Source: the human T2T-CHM13v2.0 reference genome, Homo sapiens
Direction: 5' to 3' (one strand)
NCBI RefSeq assembly: GCF_009914755.1
Contig: NC_060940.1
DNA length: 64,000 bases
Shown in pieces: positions 27,150 through 41,900 of the stretch. The notes under the pieces are model-generated. The model had not been told where the DNA came from. It did not search any database and saw nothing but the letters and a program-made list of their open reading frames with translations. The stretch's first letter is position 1. The number at the start of each line of letters is the position of its first letter. A program made the position numbers and the translations under genes.

Positions 27150-30100
27150 GATGGTTCCATTCGAGTCCATTTAATCATTACAGTCGAGTCCATTTGGTGA
27201 TTCCACTGGATTTCTTTTGATAATGATACCATTCAATTACATTTGATGATGATCCCATTCAATTTCATTTGATGATGATTCCATTAGAGTCCATTCGATG
27301 ATTTCATTCGAGTCCCTTCATTGATTCCATCCGATTTCATTGGATGATGACTCCATTCGAGTCCATTCGATGATTCCACTCGATTCCATTAGATGACTCC
27401 ATTGGAGTCCATTTGATTGTTCCATTCGATTCCATTTGATTCCTTTCGAAGATTATTCCATTTGAGTCCATTCGATGATGATTCCATTCCATTCCATTCC
27501 ATGATTCCGTTTGATTCCATTCGATGATTCCCTTCGATTCCTTTCTTTGATGATTCCATTCCATTCCATTCAATGATTCCATTCGAATCTATTCCATGAT
27601 GATTCCTTTCGATTCCATTCGCTGATGTTTCCGTTCAATTCCATTCGATGATGATTCCATTCGATTCCATTCATTGAGGATTCCATTTGATTCCATTCAA
27701 TGATGATTCCATTCTATTCCATTCAATGATTGCATTCAATTCCATTCAATGATTATCCCATTAGAGTAAACTCAACGATTCCATTCAATATCATTCGATG
27801 ATGATTCCTTTTGAGTCCATTCAATGATTTCATTCAAGTCCATTTGATGATTCCTTTCAATTCCATTCTATGATGATTCCATTCGAGTCCATTCGATGAT
27901 TCCATTCGATTGCATTCGATGATTCCATTATATTCCATTCAACGATGATTCCATTCGAGTCCATTCCATGATTCCATTAGAGTACATTTAATGATTGCTT
28001 TGTTTTCAATTCGAAGATGATTACATTGGATTCCATTCTATGATACCATTCGATTCCATTCAATGATGATTCCACTCAAATCCATTGGATGATTCCATTC
28101 GTGTCCATTCGGTGATTTCATTAGATTCCATTCGAGGATGATTCCATTCGATTCCATTCGATGATTCCATTCAATTCCATTCGATGATGATTCCATTCCA
28201 GTCCATATGATCATTCCATTTGATTTCATTCGATGATGATTCCATTCGATTCCATTCGACGATTCCATTCTATTCCATTCAATGATGATTCCATTCGAGT
28301 CCATTCGATGATTCCATTCGAGTCCATTTAATGATTCCATTGGGTTCAATTCAATGATGATTACATTGGATTCCGTTCTATGATTCCATTCAATTCCGTT
28401 CATTGACAATTTGATTCCATTCGATGATGATTCCATTTGAGTTCATTCGATGATTCTATTCGATTCTCTTCGATGGTGATTCAATTCTATTATATTGGAT
28501 GATTCCATTCGATTCCATTTGATGTTGATTCAATTCGATTCTATTCGATGATGATTCCATTGGATTTCACTTGATGATTCTATTCGATTCCATTCAATGA
28601 TGATTCACTTCTCGTCCATTGGATGATTCCATTTCATTCCATTCGATGATGATTCCATTCGATTCCATTCGATGATTCCATTTGATTCCATGCGACGGTG
28701 AGCAATTCGATTCAATTCCATGATGATTCTATTTGATTCAATTAGATGATGTTTCCATTCGAATCCATTCCATGATTATTCCATTGGAATCCATTCGGCG
28801 ATGATTCCATATGAGTCAATTCAATGATGATTCCATATGGGTCCGTTCGATGATAATTCCATTTGATTTCATTCGATGCTTCTATTCTATTCCAGTCGAT
28901 GATGATTCCGTTGGAGTCCATACGATGATTCCATTTGATTTCATTTGATGATGATTCCATTCGATGATGATTACATTGGATTCCATTCTATGATTCCATT
29001 CAATTCCATTCGTTGATGATTCGATTCCATTCAATGATGATTCCATTTGAGTTCATTCGATGATTCTATTCGATTCCGTTCGATGGTGATTCAATTCTAT
29101 TATATTGGATGATTCCACTCGATTCCATTTGATGATTATTCCATTGGAGTCCACTTAGTGAATCCTTTAGATTCTACTCGACGATGATTCCATTCGAGTC
29201 CATTCGATGATACCATTCAATTCCATTCGTTGATGCTTCCATTCAAGTGCATTCGATGATATCATTCGATTCCATTTGATGATAATTCCATTTGATTCCA
29301 TGCGATGATTCTATTCGATTCCCTTCAATGATAATTCCATTCAATTCAGTGATTCCTCTGGACTCCATTTGATGATGATTCCATTCAATGATTCCATTCG
29401 ATTCTATTCGAAAATGATTCCATTTGAATCCATTTGATGATGATTCCATTAGATTCCATTTGATGATTCCATTCGATTCCATTCGACGATGATTCCATTC
29501 GATTCCGTTTGATGATTCCATTCTATTCTATTCGATGATGATTCCATTCGATTCCATTCGATGATGATTGGATTCGATTCCATTGGATGATTTCATTTGA
29601 TTCCATTCGTTAATGATTTCGATCAATTCCATTCGATGATTCCATTCGATTCCATTCGATAATGATTACATCCGAGTCCATTCGATGATTCCCTTTGAGC
29701 CTGTTCGATAATTCCATTTGAGTCCAACCAATGATTCCATTCATTTCCATTCAATGATTCCATTCGAGTCCATTTGATCATTCCGGTAGGGTCCATTCGA
29801 TGTTGATTCCATTGGAGTGCATTCGATGATTCCATTCGAGTCCATTTTAGGATTTGATTCGAGTCCTTTCGATGATTCCATTCGATTCCACTCGATGATG
29901 ATTTCATTCGAGTCCATTCGACACGTCCAATCGATTCCATTTGATGATTCCATTCGAGTCCAATTGATGATTCCATTCAATTCCATTCGATGATGATTCC
30001 GTACGATTCCATTCTGTGATGATTCCATGTGATTGCATTCAATGATGATTCCTTTCGATTGCATTCGATTATGATTCATTTCGTGTTCATTCTATGGTTC

Positions 30101-33100
30101 CACAGGTTTCCATTCGTGTCCATTCCATTATTCCATTCTATTCCATTTGATGATGATTCCATTCGATTCCATTCATTGGTGATTCCACTCAATTCCATTC
30201 AATGATTCCATTCCATTTCTTTCAACAATGATTCCATTAGTTTCTAATCGATGATCCACTTGATTCCATTTGACGACGATTCCATTCTTGTCAATTCGAT
30301 GATTCCATTTGATTCCATATGATGATGATTCCATTCGATTCCATACCATGATGATTCCATTCGAGTCCATTCAATGGTGATTCCATTCAATTCCATTCGA
30401 TGATTCCTTTCGATTCCATTCGATGATGATGGCATTCGATTCCTTTCAATCATTCCCTTTGATTCCATTCAAAGGTGATTTCATTCAAGTCCATTCGATA
30501 ATTGCATTCGATTCCATTCTATGATGATTCCATTCGAGTCCATTTGATGATTCCATTCAATTCAAGTCAATGATGATTCCATTCGATTCCATTCGATGAT
30601 TCCATTGGATTCCATTCGATGATGATTCCATTCAAATCCATTCGATAATTCAATTCAAGTCCATTCGATGATGATTCCAATCGAATCCATTCAAAGATTC
30701 CATTCAGTTCCATTCGATGATTCCCTTAGATTCCATTCGATGATTCCACTTGATTGCATTTACGATGATTCCATTCGATTCCATGTGATGATGCCATTCA
30801 ATTCTATTCAATGATGTCTCCATTTGATTCCATTCGACCATGATTGCCTTTGATTCCATTCAATGATTCCATTCGGTTCCGTTTGATGATGATTCCGTTC
30901 GATTCCATTTGATGATTCCATTTGATTCCATTGGATGAGTCCATTCGATTACATTCGATGATTATTCCATTCGAGTGCATTAGATGATTCCATTCGAGTC
31001 CATTCGATGATTCCATTCGATTCCATTCGATGTTGATTCTGTTCAAATCCATTCGATGATTCCACTCGATTCCATTCGTTGACTCCATTTGATCCCATTC
31101 GATGATTTCCTTTGATTCCCTTTGATGATCATTCCATTTGATTCAATTCGGTGATTTCATTTGATTCCATTCAGTGATGTTTCCATTCGACTCCATTCGA
31201 TGATGATTCCATTCGACTCCATTCGATTATGATTTCATTCAATTCCATTCGATAATGATTCCCTTCGAGTCCATTCGATGATTCCATTCGATTCCATTCA
31301 ACGATGATTTGATTCGTGTCCATTCGATGATTCCATTTGATTCCACTTGATGATGATTCCATTCGAGTCCATTTGATGATTCCATTCAATTCCATACTCC
31401 GATGATTTCTTTTGAGCCCACTCAATGCTTCCACTCGATTCCATATGATGATGACTCCATTCGATGAAATTCGATGATGATTCCATTCGCTTGCTTTCGA
31501 TGATGATTCCACTTGAGTCCGTTAGAAGATTCTATTCAATTACATTCCATGACGATTCCGTTCGAGTCCATTTGATGATTCCATTAGACTCCATTCGACG
31601 ATGATTCCATTCGATGTTATTCGATGATTCCATTCGATCTCATTCGATGATGATTCCATTCAACTCCATTCGATGTTTCCATTCGAGTTCATTCTATTAT
31701 TCCATTAGATTCCATTCGATGATGATTCCATTCGATTCCATTTGATGATTGCATTCTATTTCATTTGATGATGATTCCATTCGAGTCCACTCGATGATTC
31801 CATTCGAGTCCATTTAATGAATCCATTGGTTTCAATTCTATGATGATTACATTGGATTCCATTCGTTGATGATTTCATTCGGTTCCATTCAATGATGATT
31901 CCATTCAATTCCTTTCAATGTTTCCATTCAATTCCATACGATGATGATTCCATTTGATTTGATTCGACAGTGAGCCATTCGATTCAATCCCATGATGATT
32001 CTATTTGATTCAATTGGTTGACATTTCCATTCGATTCCATTCGATGATGATTCCCTTTGATTCCGTTCAAAGATGATTCCATTCTAGCCCATTCAATCAT
32101 TCCATTCGATTCTATTCAATGATGATTCCATTCATGTCGATTTGGTGATTCCATTTGACTTCATTTGATGATGATTCCTTTCAAGTTCATTAGATGATTC
32201 CATTCGATTCCATTTGATGATGATCCCATTCGAGTCCATTCAGTGATTCCATTCGTTTCCATTCCATGATGATTCCATTCCTTTCCATTCAATGATTCCA
32301 TTCGATTCCGTTTGATGATGATTTCATTCGAGTCCATTTGATGATTCCATTTGATTCCATTCGATGATGATTCCATTCGAGTCCATTCGATGATTCTATT
32401 CGAATCCATTTGATGATTTCTTTTGATTATATTTGGTGATGATTCCATTGGAGTCCATTCAATGATTCCATTCTATTCCAATCGATGATGATTCCATTAG
32501 AGTCCATTTAATGATTCCATTTGATTCCAGTCTCTGATGATTACATTCGAGTCCATACGATGATTCCACTCAATTCCATATGATGATGATTCCATTTGAT
32601 TCCATTCGGTGATTCCATTCTATTCTATTCAATGGTGATTCCATTCGAGTACATTAGATGATTCCATTCGATTCCATTCAATGATGATTCTATTTGTGTC
32701 CCTTAGATGATTCCACATGATTCCATTAGATGATGATACTATTTGAGCCCATCCAATGATTCCCTTCGTTTCCATTCGATGAGGATTCCATTCGATTCAA
32801 TTCATTGGTGATTCTATTCAATTCAATTCTTTGATTCCATTCCATTCCATTCGACAATGATTCCATTCGATTTCTTTCGATGATTCCACTCGATTCCACT
32901 TGACATTGATTCCATTCGATTCCATTCAATGATTCCATTTGATTCCAGTGGATGATGATTGCCATCGATTCCATTCGATCACTCCATTCTATTCCATTTG
33001 ATGATGATTACATTCGATTCCATTTGATGATTCCATCTGATTCTATTCGAGGATTCCATTTGATTCCATTCGATGATGATTCCATTCGAGTCCATTCGAT

Positions 33101-33261
33101 GATTTCATTCGAGTACATCCAATGATTCCATTCGAGTCCATTTGATGATTCCATTTGATTCCATTTGAAAATGTTTCTACTAGAGTCCATTCAATGACTC
33201 CATTCGAGTCCATTCAACAATTCCATTCGACTCCATTCGATGATTCCATTCGATTCTATTT
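27150..33261 (+). repeat. HOR unit U5, full length 6,112 bp
   Basis: 27337->33449 = 6112 and 26614->32726 = 6112. Confidence 0.95.
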
Positions 33262-36200
33262 GATGGTTCCATTCGAGTCCATTTAATCATTACAGTCGAG
33301 TCCATTTGGTGATTCCACTGGATTTCTTTTGATAATGATACCATTCAATTACATTTGATGATGATCCCATTCAATTTCATTTGATGATGATTCCATTAGA
33401 GTCCATTCGATGATTTCATTCGAGTCCCTTCATTGATTCCATCCAATTTCATTGGATGATGACTCCATTCGAGTCCATTCGATGATTCCACTCGATTCCA
33501 TTAGATGACTCCATTGGAGTCCATTTGATTGTTCCATTCGATTCCATTCGATTCCTTTCGAAGATTATTCCATTTGAGTCCATTCGATGATGATTCCATT
33601 CCATTCCATTCGATGATTCCGTTTGATTCCATTCGATGATTCCCTTCGATTCCTTTCTTTGATGATTCCATTCCATTCCATTCAATGATTCCATTCGAAT
33701 CTATTCCATGATGATTCCTTTCGATTCCATTCGCTGATGTTTCCGTTCAATTCCATTCGATGATGATTCCATTCGATTCCATTCATTGAGGATTCCATTT
33801 GATTCCATTCAATGATGATTCCATTCTATTCCATTCAATGATTGCATTCAATTCCATTCAATGATTATCCCATTAGAGTAAACTCAACGATTCCATTCAA
33901 TACCATTCGATGATGATTCCTTTTGAGTCCATTCAATGATTTCATTCAAGTCCATTTGATGATTCCTTTCAATTCCATTCTATGATGATTCCATTCGAGT
34001 CCATTCGATGATTCCATTCGATTGCATTCGATGATTCCATTATATTCCAGTCAACGATGATTCCATTCGAGTCCATTCGATGATTCCATTAGAGTACATT
34101 TAATGATTGCTTTGTTTTCAATTCGAAGATGATTACATTGGATTCCATTCTATGATACCATTCGATTCCATTCAATGATGATTCCACTCAAATCCATTGG
34201 ATGATTCCATTCGTGTCCATTCGGTGATTTCATTAGATTCCATTCGAGGATGATTCCATTCGATTCCATTCGATGATTCCATTCAATTCCATTCGATGAT
34301 GATTCCATTCCAGTCCATATGATCATTCCATTTGATTTCATTCGATGATGATTCCATTCAATTCGATTCGACGATTCCATTCTATTCCATTCGATGATGA
34401 TTCCATTCGAGTCCATTCGATGATTCCATTCGAGTCCATTTAATGATTCCATTGGGTTCAATTCAATGATGATTACATTGGATTCCGTTCTATGATTCCA
34501 TTCAATTCCGTTCATTGACAATTTGATTCCATTCGATGATGATTCCATTTGAGTTCATTCGATGATTCTATTCGATTCTCTTCGATGGTGATTCAATTCT
34601 ATTATATTGGATGATTCCATTCGATTCCATTTGATGTTGATTCAATTCGATTCTATTCGATGATGATTCCATTGGATTTCACTTGATGATTCTATTCGAT
34701 TCCATTCAATGATGATTCACTTCTCGTCCATTGGATGATTCCATTTCATTCCATTCGATGATGATTCCATTCGATTCCATTCGATGATTCCATTTGATTC
34801 CATGCGACGGTGAGCAATTCGATTCAATTCCATGATGATTCTATTTGATTCAATTAGATGATGTTTCCATTCGAATCCATTCCATGATTATTCCATTGGA
34901 ATCCATTCGGCGATGATTCCATATGAGTCAATTCAATGATGATTCCATATGGGTCCGTTCGATGATAATTCCATTTGATTTCATTCGATGCTTCTATTCT
35001 ATTCCAGTCGATGATGATTCCGTTGGAGTCCATACGATGATTCCATTTGATTTCATTTGATGATGATTCCATTCGATGATGATTACATTGGATTCCATTC
35101 TATGATTCCATTCAATTCCATTCGTTGATGATTCGATTCCATTCAATGATGATTCCATTTGAGTTCATTCGATGATTCTATTCGATTCCGTTCGATGGTG
35201 ATTCAATTCTATTATATTGGATGATTCCACTCGATTCCATTTGATGATTATTCCATTGGAGTCCACTTAGTGAATCCTTTAGATTCTACTCGACGATGAT
35301 TCCATTCGAGTCCATTCGATGATACCATTCAATTCCATTCGTTGATGCTTCCATTCAAGTGCATTCGATGATATCATTCGATTCCATTTGATGATAATTC
35401 CATTTGATTCCGTGCGATGATTCTATTCGATTCCATTCAATGATAATTCCATTCAATTCAGTGATTCCTCTGGACTCCATTTGATGATGATTCCATTCAA
35501 TGATTCCATTCGATTCTATTCGAAAATGATTCCATTTGAATCCATTTGATGATGATTCCATTAGATTCCATTTGATGATTCCATTCGATTCCATTCGACG
35601 ATGATTCCATTCGATTCCGTTTGATGATTCCATTCTATTCTATTCGATGATGATTCCATTCGATTCCATTCGATGATGATTGGATTCGATTCCATTTGAT
35701 GATTTCATTTGATTCCATTCGTTAATGATTTCGATCAATTCCATTCGATGATTCCATTCGATTCCATTCGATAATGATTACATCCGAGTCCATTCGATGA
35801 TTCCCTTTGAGCCTGTTCGATAATTCCATTTGAGTCCAACCAATGATTCCATTCATTTCCATTCAATGATTCCATTCGAGTCCATTTGATCATTCCGGTA
35901 GGGTCCATTCGATGTTGATTCCATTGGAGTGCATTCGATGATTCCATTCGAGTCCATTTTAGGATTTGATTCGAGTCCTTTCGATGATTCCATTCGATTC
36001 CACTCGATGATGATTTCATTCGAGTCCATTCGACACTTCCAATCGATTCCATTTGATGATTCCATTCGAGTCCAATTGATGATTCCATTCAATTCCATTC
36101 GATGATGATTCCGTACGATTCCATTCTGTGATGATTCCATGTGATTGCATTCAATGATGATTCCTTTCGATTGCATTCGATTATGATTCATTTCGTGTTC

Positions 36201-38999
36201 ATTCTATGGTTCCACAGGTTTCCATTCGTGTCCATTCCATTATTCCATTCTATTCCATTTGATGATGATTCCATTCGATTCCATTCATTGGTGATTCCAC
36301 TCAATTCCATTCAATGATTCCATTCCATTTCTTTCAACAATGATTCCATTAGTTTCTAATCGATGATCCACTTGATTCCATTTGACGACGATTCCATTCT
36401 TGTCCATTCGATGATTCCATTTGATTCCATATGATGATGATTCCATTCGATTCCATACCATGATGATTCCATTCGAGTCCATTCAATGGTGATTCCATTC
36501 AATTCCATTCGATGATTCCTTTTGATTCCATTCGATGATGATGGCATTCGATTCCTTTCAATCATTCCCTTTGATTCCATTCAAAGGTGATTTCATTCAA
36601 GTCCATTCGATAATTGCATTCGATTCCATTCTATGATGATTCCATTCGAGTCCATTTGATGATTCCATTCAATTCAAGTCAATGATGATTCCATTCGATT
36701 CCATTCGATGATTCCATTGGATTCCATTCGATGATGATTCCATTCAAATCCATTCGATAATTCAATTCAAGTCCATTCGATGATGATTCCAATCGAATCC
36801 ATTCAAAGATTCCATTCAGTTCCATTCGATGATTCCCTTAGATTCCATTCGATGATTCCACTTGATTGCATTTACGATGATTCCATTCGATTCCATGTGA
36901 TGATTCCATTCAATTCTATTCAATGATGTCTCCATTTGATTCCATTCGACCATGATTGCCTTTGATTCCATTCAATGATTCCATTCGGTTCCGTTTGATG
37001 ATGATTCCGTTCGATTCCATTTGATGATTCCATTTGATTCCATTGGATGAGTCCATTCGATTACATTCGATGATTATTCCATTCGAGTGCATTAGATGAT
37101 TCCATTCGAGTCCATTCGATGATTCCATTCGATTCCATTCGATGTTGATTCTGTTCAAATCCATTCGATGATTCCACTCGATTCCATTCGTTGACTCCAT
37201 TTGATCCCATTCGATGATTTCCTTTGATTCCCTTTGATGATCATTCCATTTGATTCAATTCGGTGATTTCATTTGATTCCATTCAGTGATGTTTCCATTC
37301 GACTCCATTCGATGATGATTCCATTCGACTCCATTCGATTATGATTTCATTCAATTCCATTCGATAATGATTCCCTTCGAGTCCATTCGATGATTCCATT
37401 CGATTCCATTCAACGATGATTTGATTCGTGTCCATTCGATGATTCCATTTGATTCCACTTGATGATGATTCCATTCGAGTCCATTTGATGATTCCATTCA
37501 ATTCCATACTCCGATGATTTCTTTTGAGCCCACTCAATGCTTCCACTCGATTCCATATGATGATGACTCCATTCGATGAAATTCGATGATGATTCCATTC
37601 GCTTGCTTTCGATGATGATTCCACTTGAGTCCGTTAGAAGATTCTATTCAATTACATTCCAGGACGATTCCGTTCGAGTCCATTTGATGATTCCATTAGA
37701 CTCCATTCGACGATGATTCCATTCGATGTTATTCGATGATTCCATTCGATCTCATTCGATGATGATTCCATTCAACTCCATTCGATGTTTCCATTCGAGT
37801 TCATTCTATTATTCCATTAGATTCCATTCGATGATGATTCCATTCGATTCCATTTGATGATTGCATTCTATTTCATTTGATGATGATTCCATTCGAGTCC
37901 ACTCGATGATTCCATTCGAGTCCATTTAATGAATCCATTGGTTTCAATTCTATGATGATTACATTGGATTCCATTCGTTGATGATTTCATTCGGTTCCAT
38001 TCCATGATGATTCCATTCCTTTCCATTCAATGATTCCATTCGATTCCGTTTGATGATGATTTCATTCGAGTCCATTTGATGATTCCATTTGATTTCTTTC
38101 GATGATGATTCCATTCGAGTCCATTCGATGATTCTATTCGAATCCATTTGATGATTTCTTTTGATTATATTTGGTGATGATTCCATTGGAGTCCATTCAA
38201 TGATTCCATTCTATTCCAATCGATGATGATTCCATTAGAGTCCATTTAATGATTCCATTTGATTCCAGTCTCTGATGATTACATTCGAGTCCATACGATG
38301 ATTCCACTCAATTCCATATGATGATGATTCCATTTGATTCCATTCGGTGATTCCGTTCTATTCTATTCAATGGTGATTCCATTCGAGTACATTAGATGAT
38401 TCCATTCGATTCCATTCATTGATGATTCTATTTGTGTCCCTTAGATGATTCCACATGATTCCATTAGATGATGATACTATTTGAGCCCATCCAATGATTC
38501 CCTTCGATTCCATTCGATGAGGATTCCATTCGATTCAATTCATTGGTGATTCTATTCAATTCAATTCTTTGATTCCATTCCATTCCATTCGACAATGATT
38601 CCATTCGATTTCTTTCGATGATTCCACTCGATTCCACTTGACATTGATTCCATTCGATTCCATTCAATGATTCCATTTGATTCCAGTGGATGATGATTGC
38701 CATCGATTCCATTCGATCACTCCATTCTATTCCATTTGATGATGATTACATTCGATTCCATTTGATGATTCCATCTGATTCTATTCGAGGATTCCATTTG
38801 ATTCCATTCGATGATGATTCCATTCGAGTCCATTCGATGATTTCATTCGAGTACATCCAATGATTCCATTCGAGTCCATTAGATGATTCCATTTGATTCC
38901 ATTTGAAAATGATTCTACTAGAGTCCATTCAATGACTCCATTCGAGTCCATTCAACAATTCCATTCGACTCCATTCGATGATTCCATTCGATTCCATTT
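33262..38999 (+). repeat. HOR unit U6, 5,738 bp (374-bp deletion)
   Basis: 33449->39187 = 5738; junction at 37995-38002. Confidence 0.95.
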
Positions 39000-41900
39000 G
39001 ATGGTTCCATTTGAGTCCATTTAATCATTACAGTCGAGTCCATTTGGTGATTCCACTGGATTTCTTTTGATAATGATACCATTCAATTACATTTGATGAT
39101 GATCCCATTCAATTTCATTTGATGATGATTCCATTAGAGTCCATTCGATGATTTCATTCGAGTCCCTTCATTGATTCCATCCGATTTCATTGGATGATGA
39201 CTCCATTCGAGTCCATTCGATGATTCCACTCGATTCCATTAGATGACTCCATTGGAGTCCATTTGATTGTTCCATTCGATTCCATTTGATTCCTTTCGAA
39301 GATTATTCCATTTGAGTCCATTCGATGATGATTCCATTCCATTCCATTCCATGATTCCGTTTGATTCCATTCGATGATTCCCTTCGATTCCTTTCTTTGA
39401 TGATTCCATTCCATTCCATTCAATGATTCCATTCGAATCTATTCCATGATGATTCCTTTCGATTCCATTCGCTGATGTTTCCGTTCAATTCCATTCGATG
39501 ATGATTCCATTCGATTCCATTCATTGAGGATTCCATTTGATTCCATTCAATGATGATTCCATTCTATTCCATTCAATGATTGCATTCAATTCCATTCAAT
39601 GATTATCCCATTAGAGTAAACTCAACGATTCCATTCAATATCATTCGATGATGATTCCTTTTGAGTCCATTCAATGATTTCATTCAAGTCCATTTGATGA
39701 TTCCTTTCAATTCCATTCTATGATGATTCCATTCGAGTCCATTCGATGATTCCATTCGATTGCATTCGATGATTCCAATATATTCCATTCAACGATGATT
39801 CCATTCGAGTCCGTTCCATGATTCCATTAGAGTACATTTAATGATTGCTTTGTTTTCAATTCGAAGATGATTACATTGGATTCCATTCTATGATACCATT
39901 CGATTCCATTCAATGATGATTCCACTCAAATCCATTGGATGATTCCATTCGTGTCCATTCGGTGATTTCATTAGATTCCATTCGAGGATGATTCCATTCG
40001 ATTCCATTCGATGATTCCATTCAATTCCATTCGATGATGATTCCATTCCAGTCCATATGATCATTCCATTTGATTTCATTCGATGATGATTCCATTCGAT
40101 TCCATTCGACGATTCCATTCTATTCCATTCAATGATGATTCCATTCGAGTCCATTCGATGATTCCATTCGAGTCCATTTAATGATTCCATTGGGTTCAAT
40201 TCAATGATGATTACATTGGATTCCGTTCTATGATTCCATTCAATTCCGTTCATTGACAATTTGATTCCATTCGATGATGATTCCATTTGAGTTCATTCGA
40301 TGATTCTATTCGATTCTCTTCGATGGTGATTCAATTCTATTATATTGGATGATTCCATTCGATTCCATTTGATGTTGATTCAATTCGATTCTATTCGATG
40401 ATGATTCCATTGGATTTCACTTGATGATTCTATTCGATTCCATTCAATGATGATTCACTTCTCGTCCATTGGATGATTCCATTTCATTCCATTCGATGAT
40501 GATTCCATTCGATTCCATTCGATGATTCCATTTGATTCCATGCGACGGTGAGCAATTCGATTCAATTCCATGATGATTCTATTTGATTCAATTAGATGAT
40601 GTTTCCATTCGAATCCATTCCATGATTATTCCATTGGAATCCATTCGGCGATGATTCCATATGAGTCAATTCAATGATGATTCCATATGGGTCCGTTCGA
40701 TGATAATTCCATTTGATTTCATTCGATGCTTCTATTCTATTCCAGTCGATGATGATTCCGTTGGAGTCCATACGATGATTCCATTTGATTTCATTTGATG
40801 ATGATTCCATTCGATGATGATTACATTGGATTCCATTCTATGATTCCATTCAATTCCATTCGTTGATGATTCGATTCCATTCAATGATGATTCCATTTGA
40901 GTTCATTCGATGATTCTATTCGATTCCGTTCGATGGTGATTCAATTCTATTATATTGGATGATTCCACTCGATTCCATTTGATGATTATTCCATTGGAGT
41001 CCACTTAGTGAATCCTTTAGATTCTACTCGACGATGATTCCATTCGAGTCCATTCGATGATACCATTCAATTCCATTCGTTGATGCTTCCATTCAAGTGC
41101 ATTCGATGATATCATTCGATTCCATTTGATGATAATTCCATTTGATTCCGTGCGATGATTCTATTCGATTCCATTCAATGATAATTCCATTCAATTCAGT
41201 GATTCCTCTGGACTCCATTTGATGATGATTCCATTCAATGATTCCATTCGATTCTATTCGAAAATGATTCCATTTGAATCCATTTGATGATGATTCCATT
41301 AGATTCCATTTGATGATTCCATTCGATTCCATTCGACGATGATTCCATTCGATTCCGTTTGATGATTCCATTCTATTCTATTCGATGATGATTCCATTCG
41401 ATTCCATTCGATGATGATTGGATTCGATTCCATTTGATGATTTCATTTGATTCCATTCGTTAATGATTTCGATCAATTCCATTCGATGATTCCATTCGAT
41501 TCCATTCGATAATGATTACATCCGAGTCCATTCGATGATTCCCTTTGAGCCTGTTCGATAATTCCATTTGAGTCCAACCAATGATTCCATTCATTTCCAT
41601 TCAATGATTCCATTCGAGTCCATTTGATCATTCCGGTAGGGTCCATTCGATGTTGATTCCATTGGAGTGCATTCGATGATTCCATTCGAGTCCATTTTAG
41701 GATTTGATTCGAGTCCTTTCGATGATTCCATTCGATTCCACTCGATGATGATTTCATTCGAGTCCATTCGACACTTCCAATCGATTCCATTTGATGATTC
41801 CATTCGAGTCCAATTGATGATTCCATTCAATTCCATTCGATGATGATTCCGTACGATTCCATTCTGTGATGATTCCATGTGATTGCATTCAATGATGATT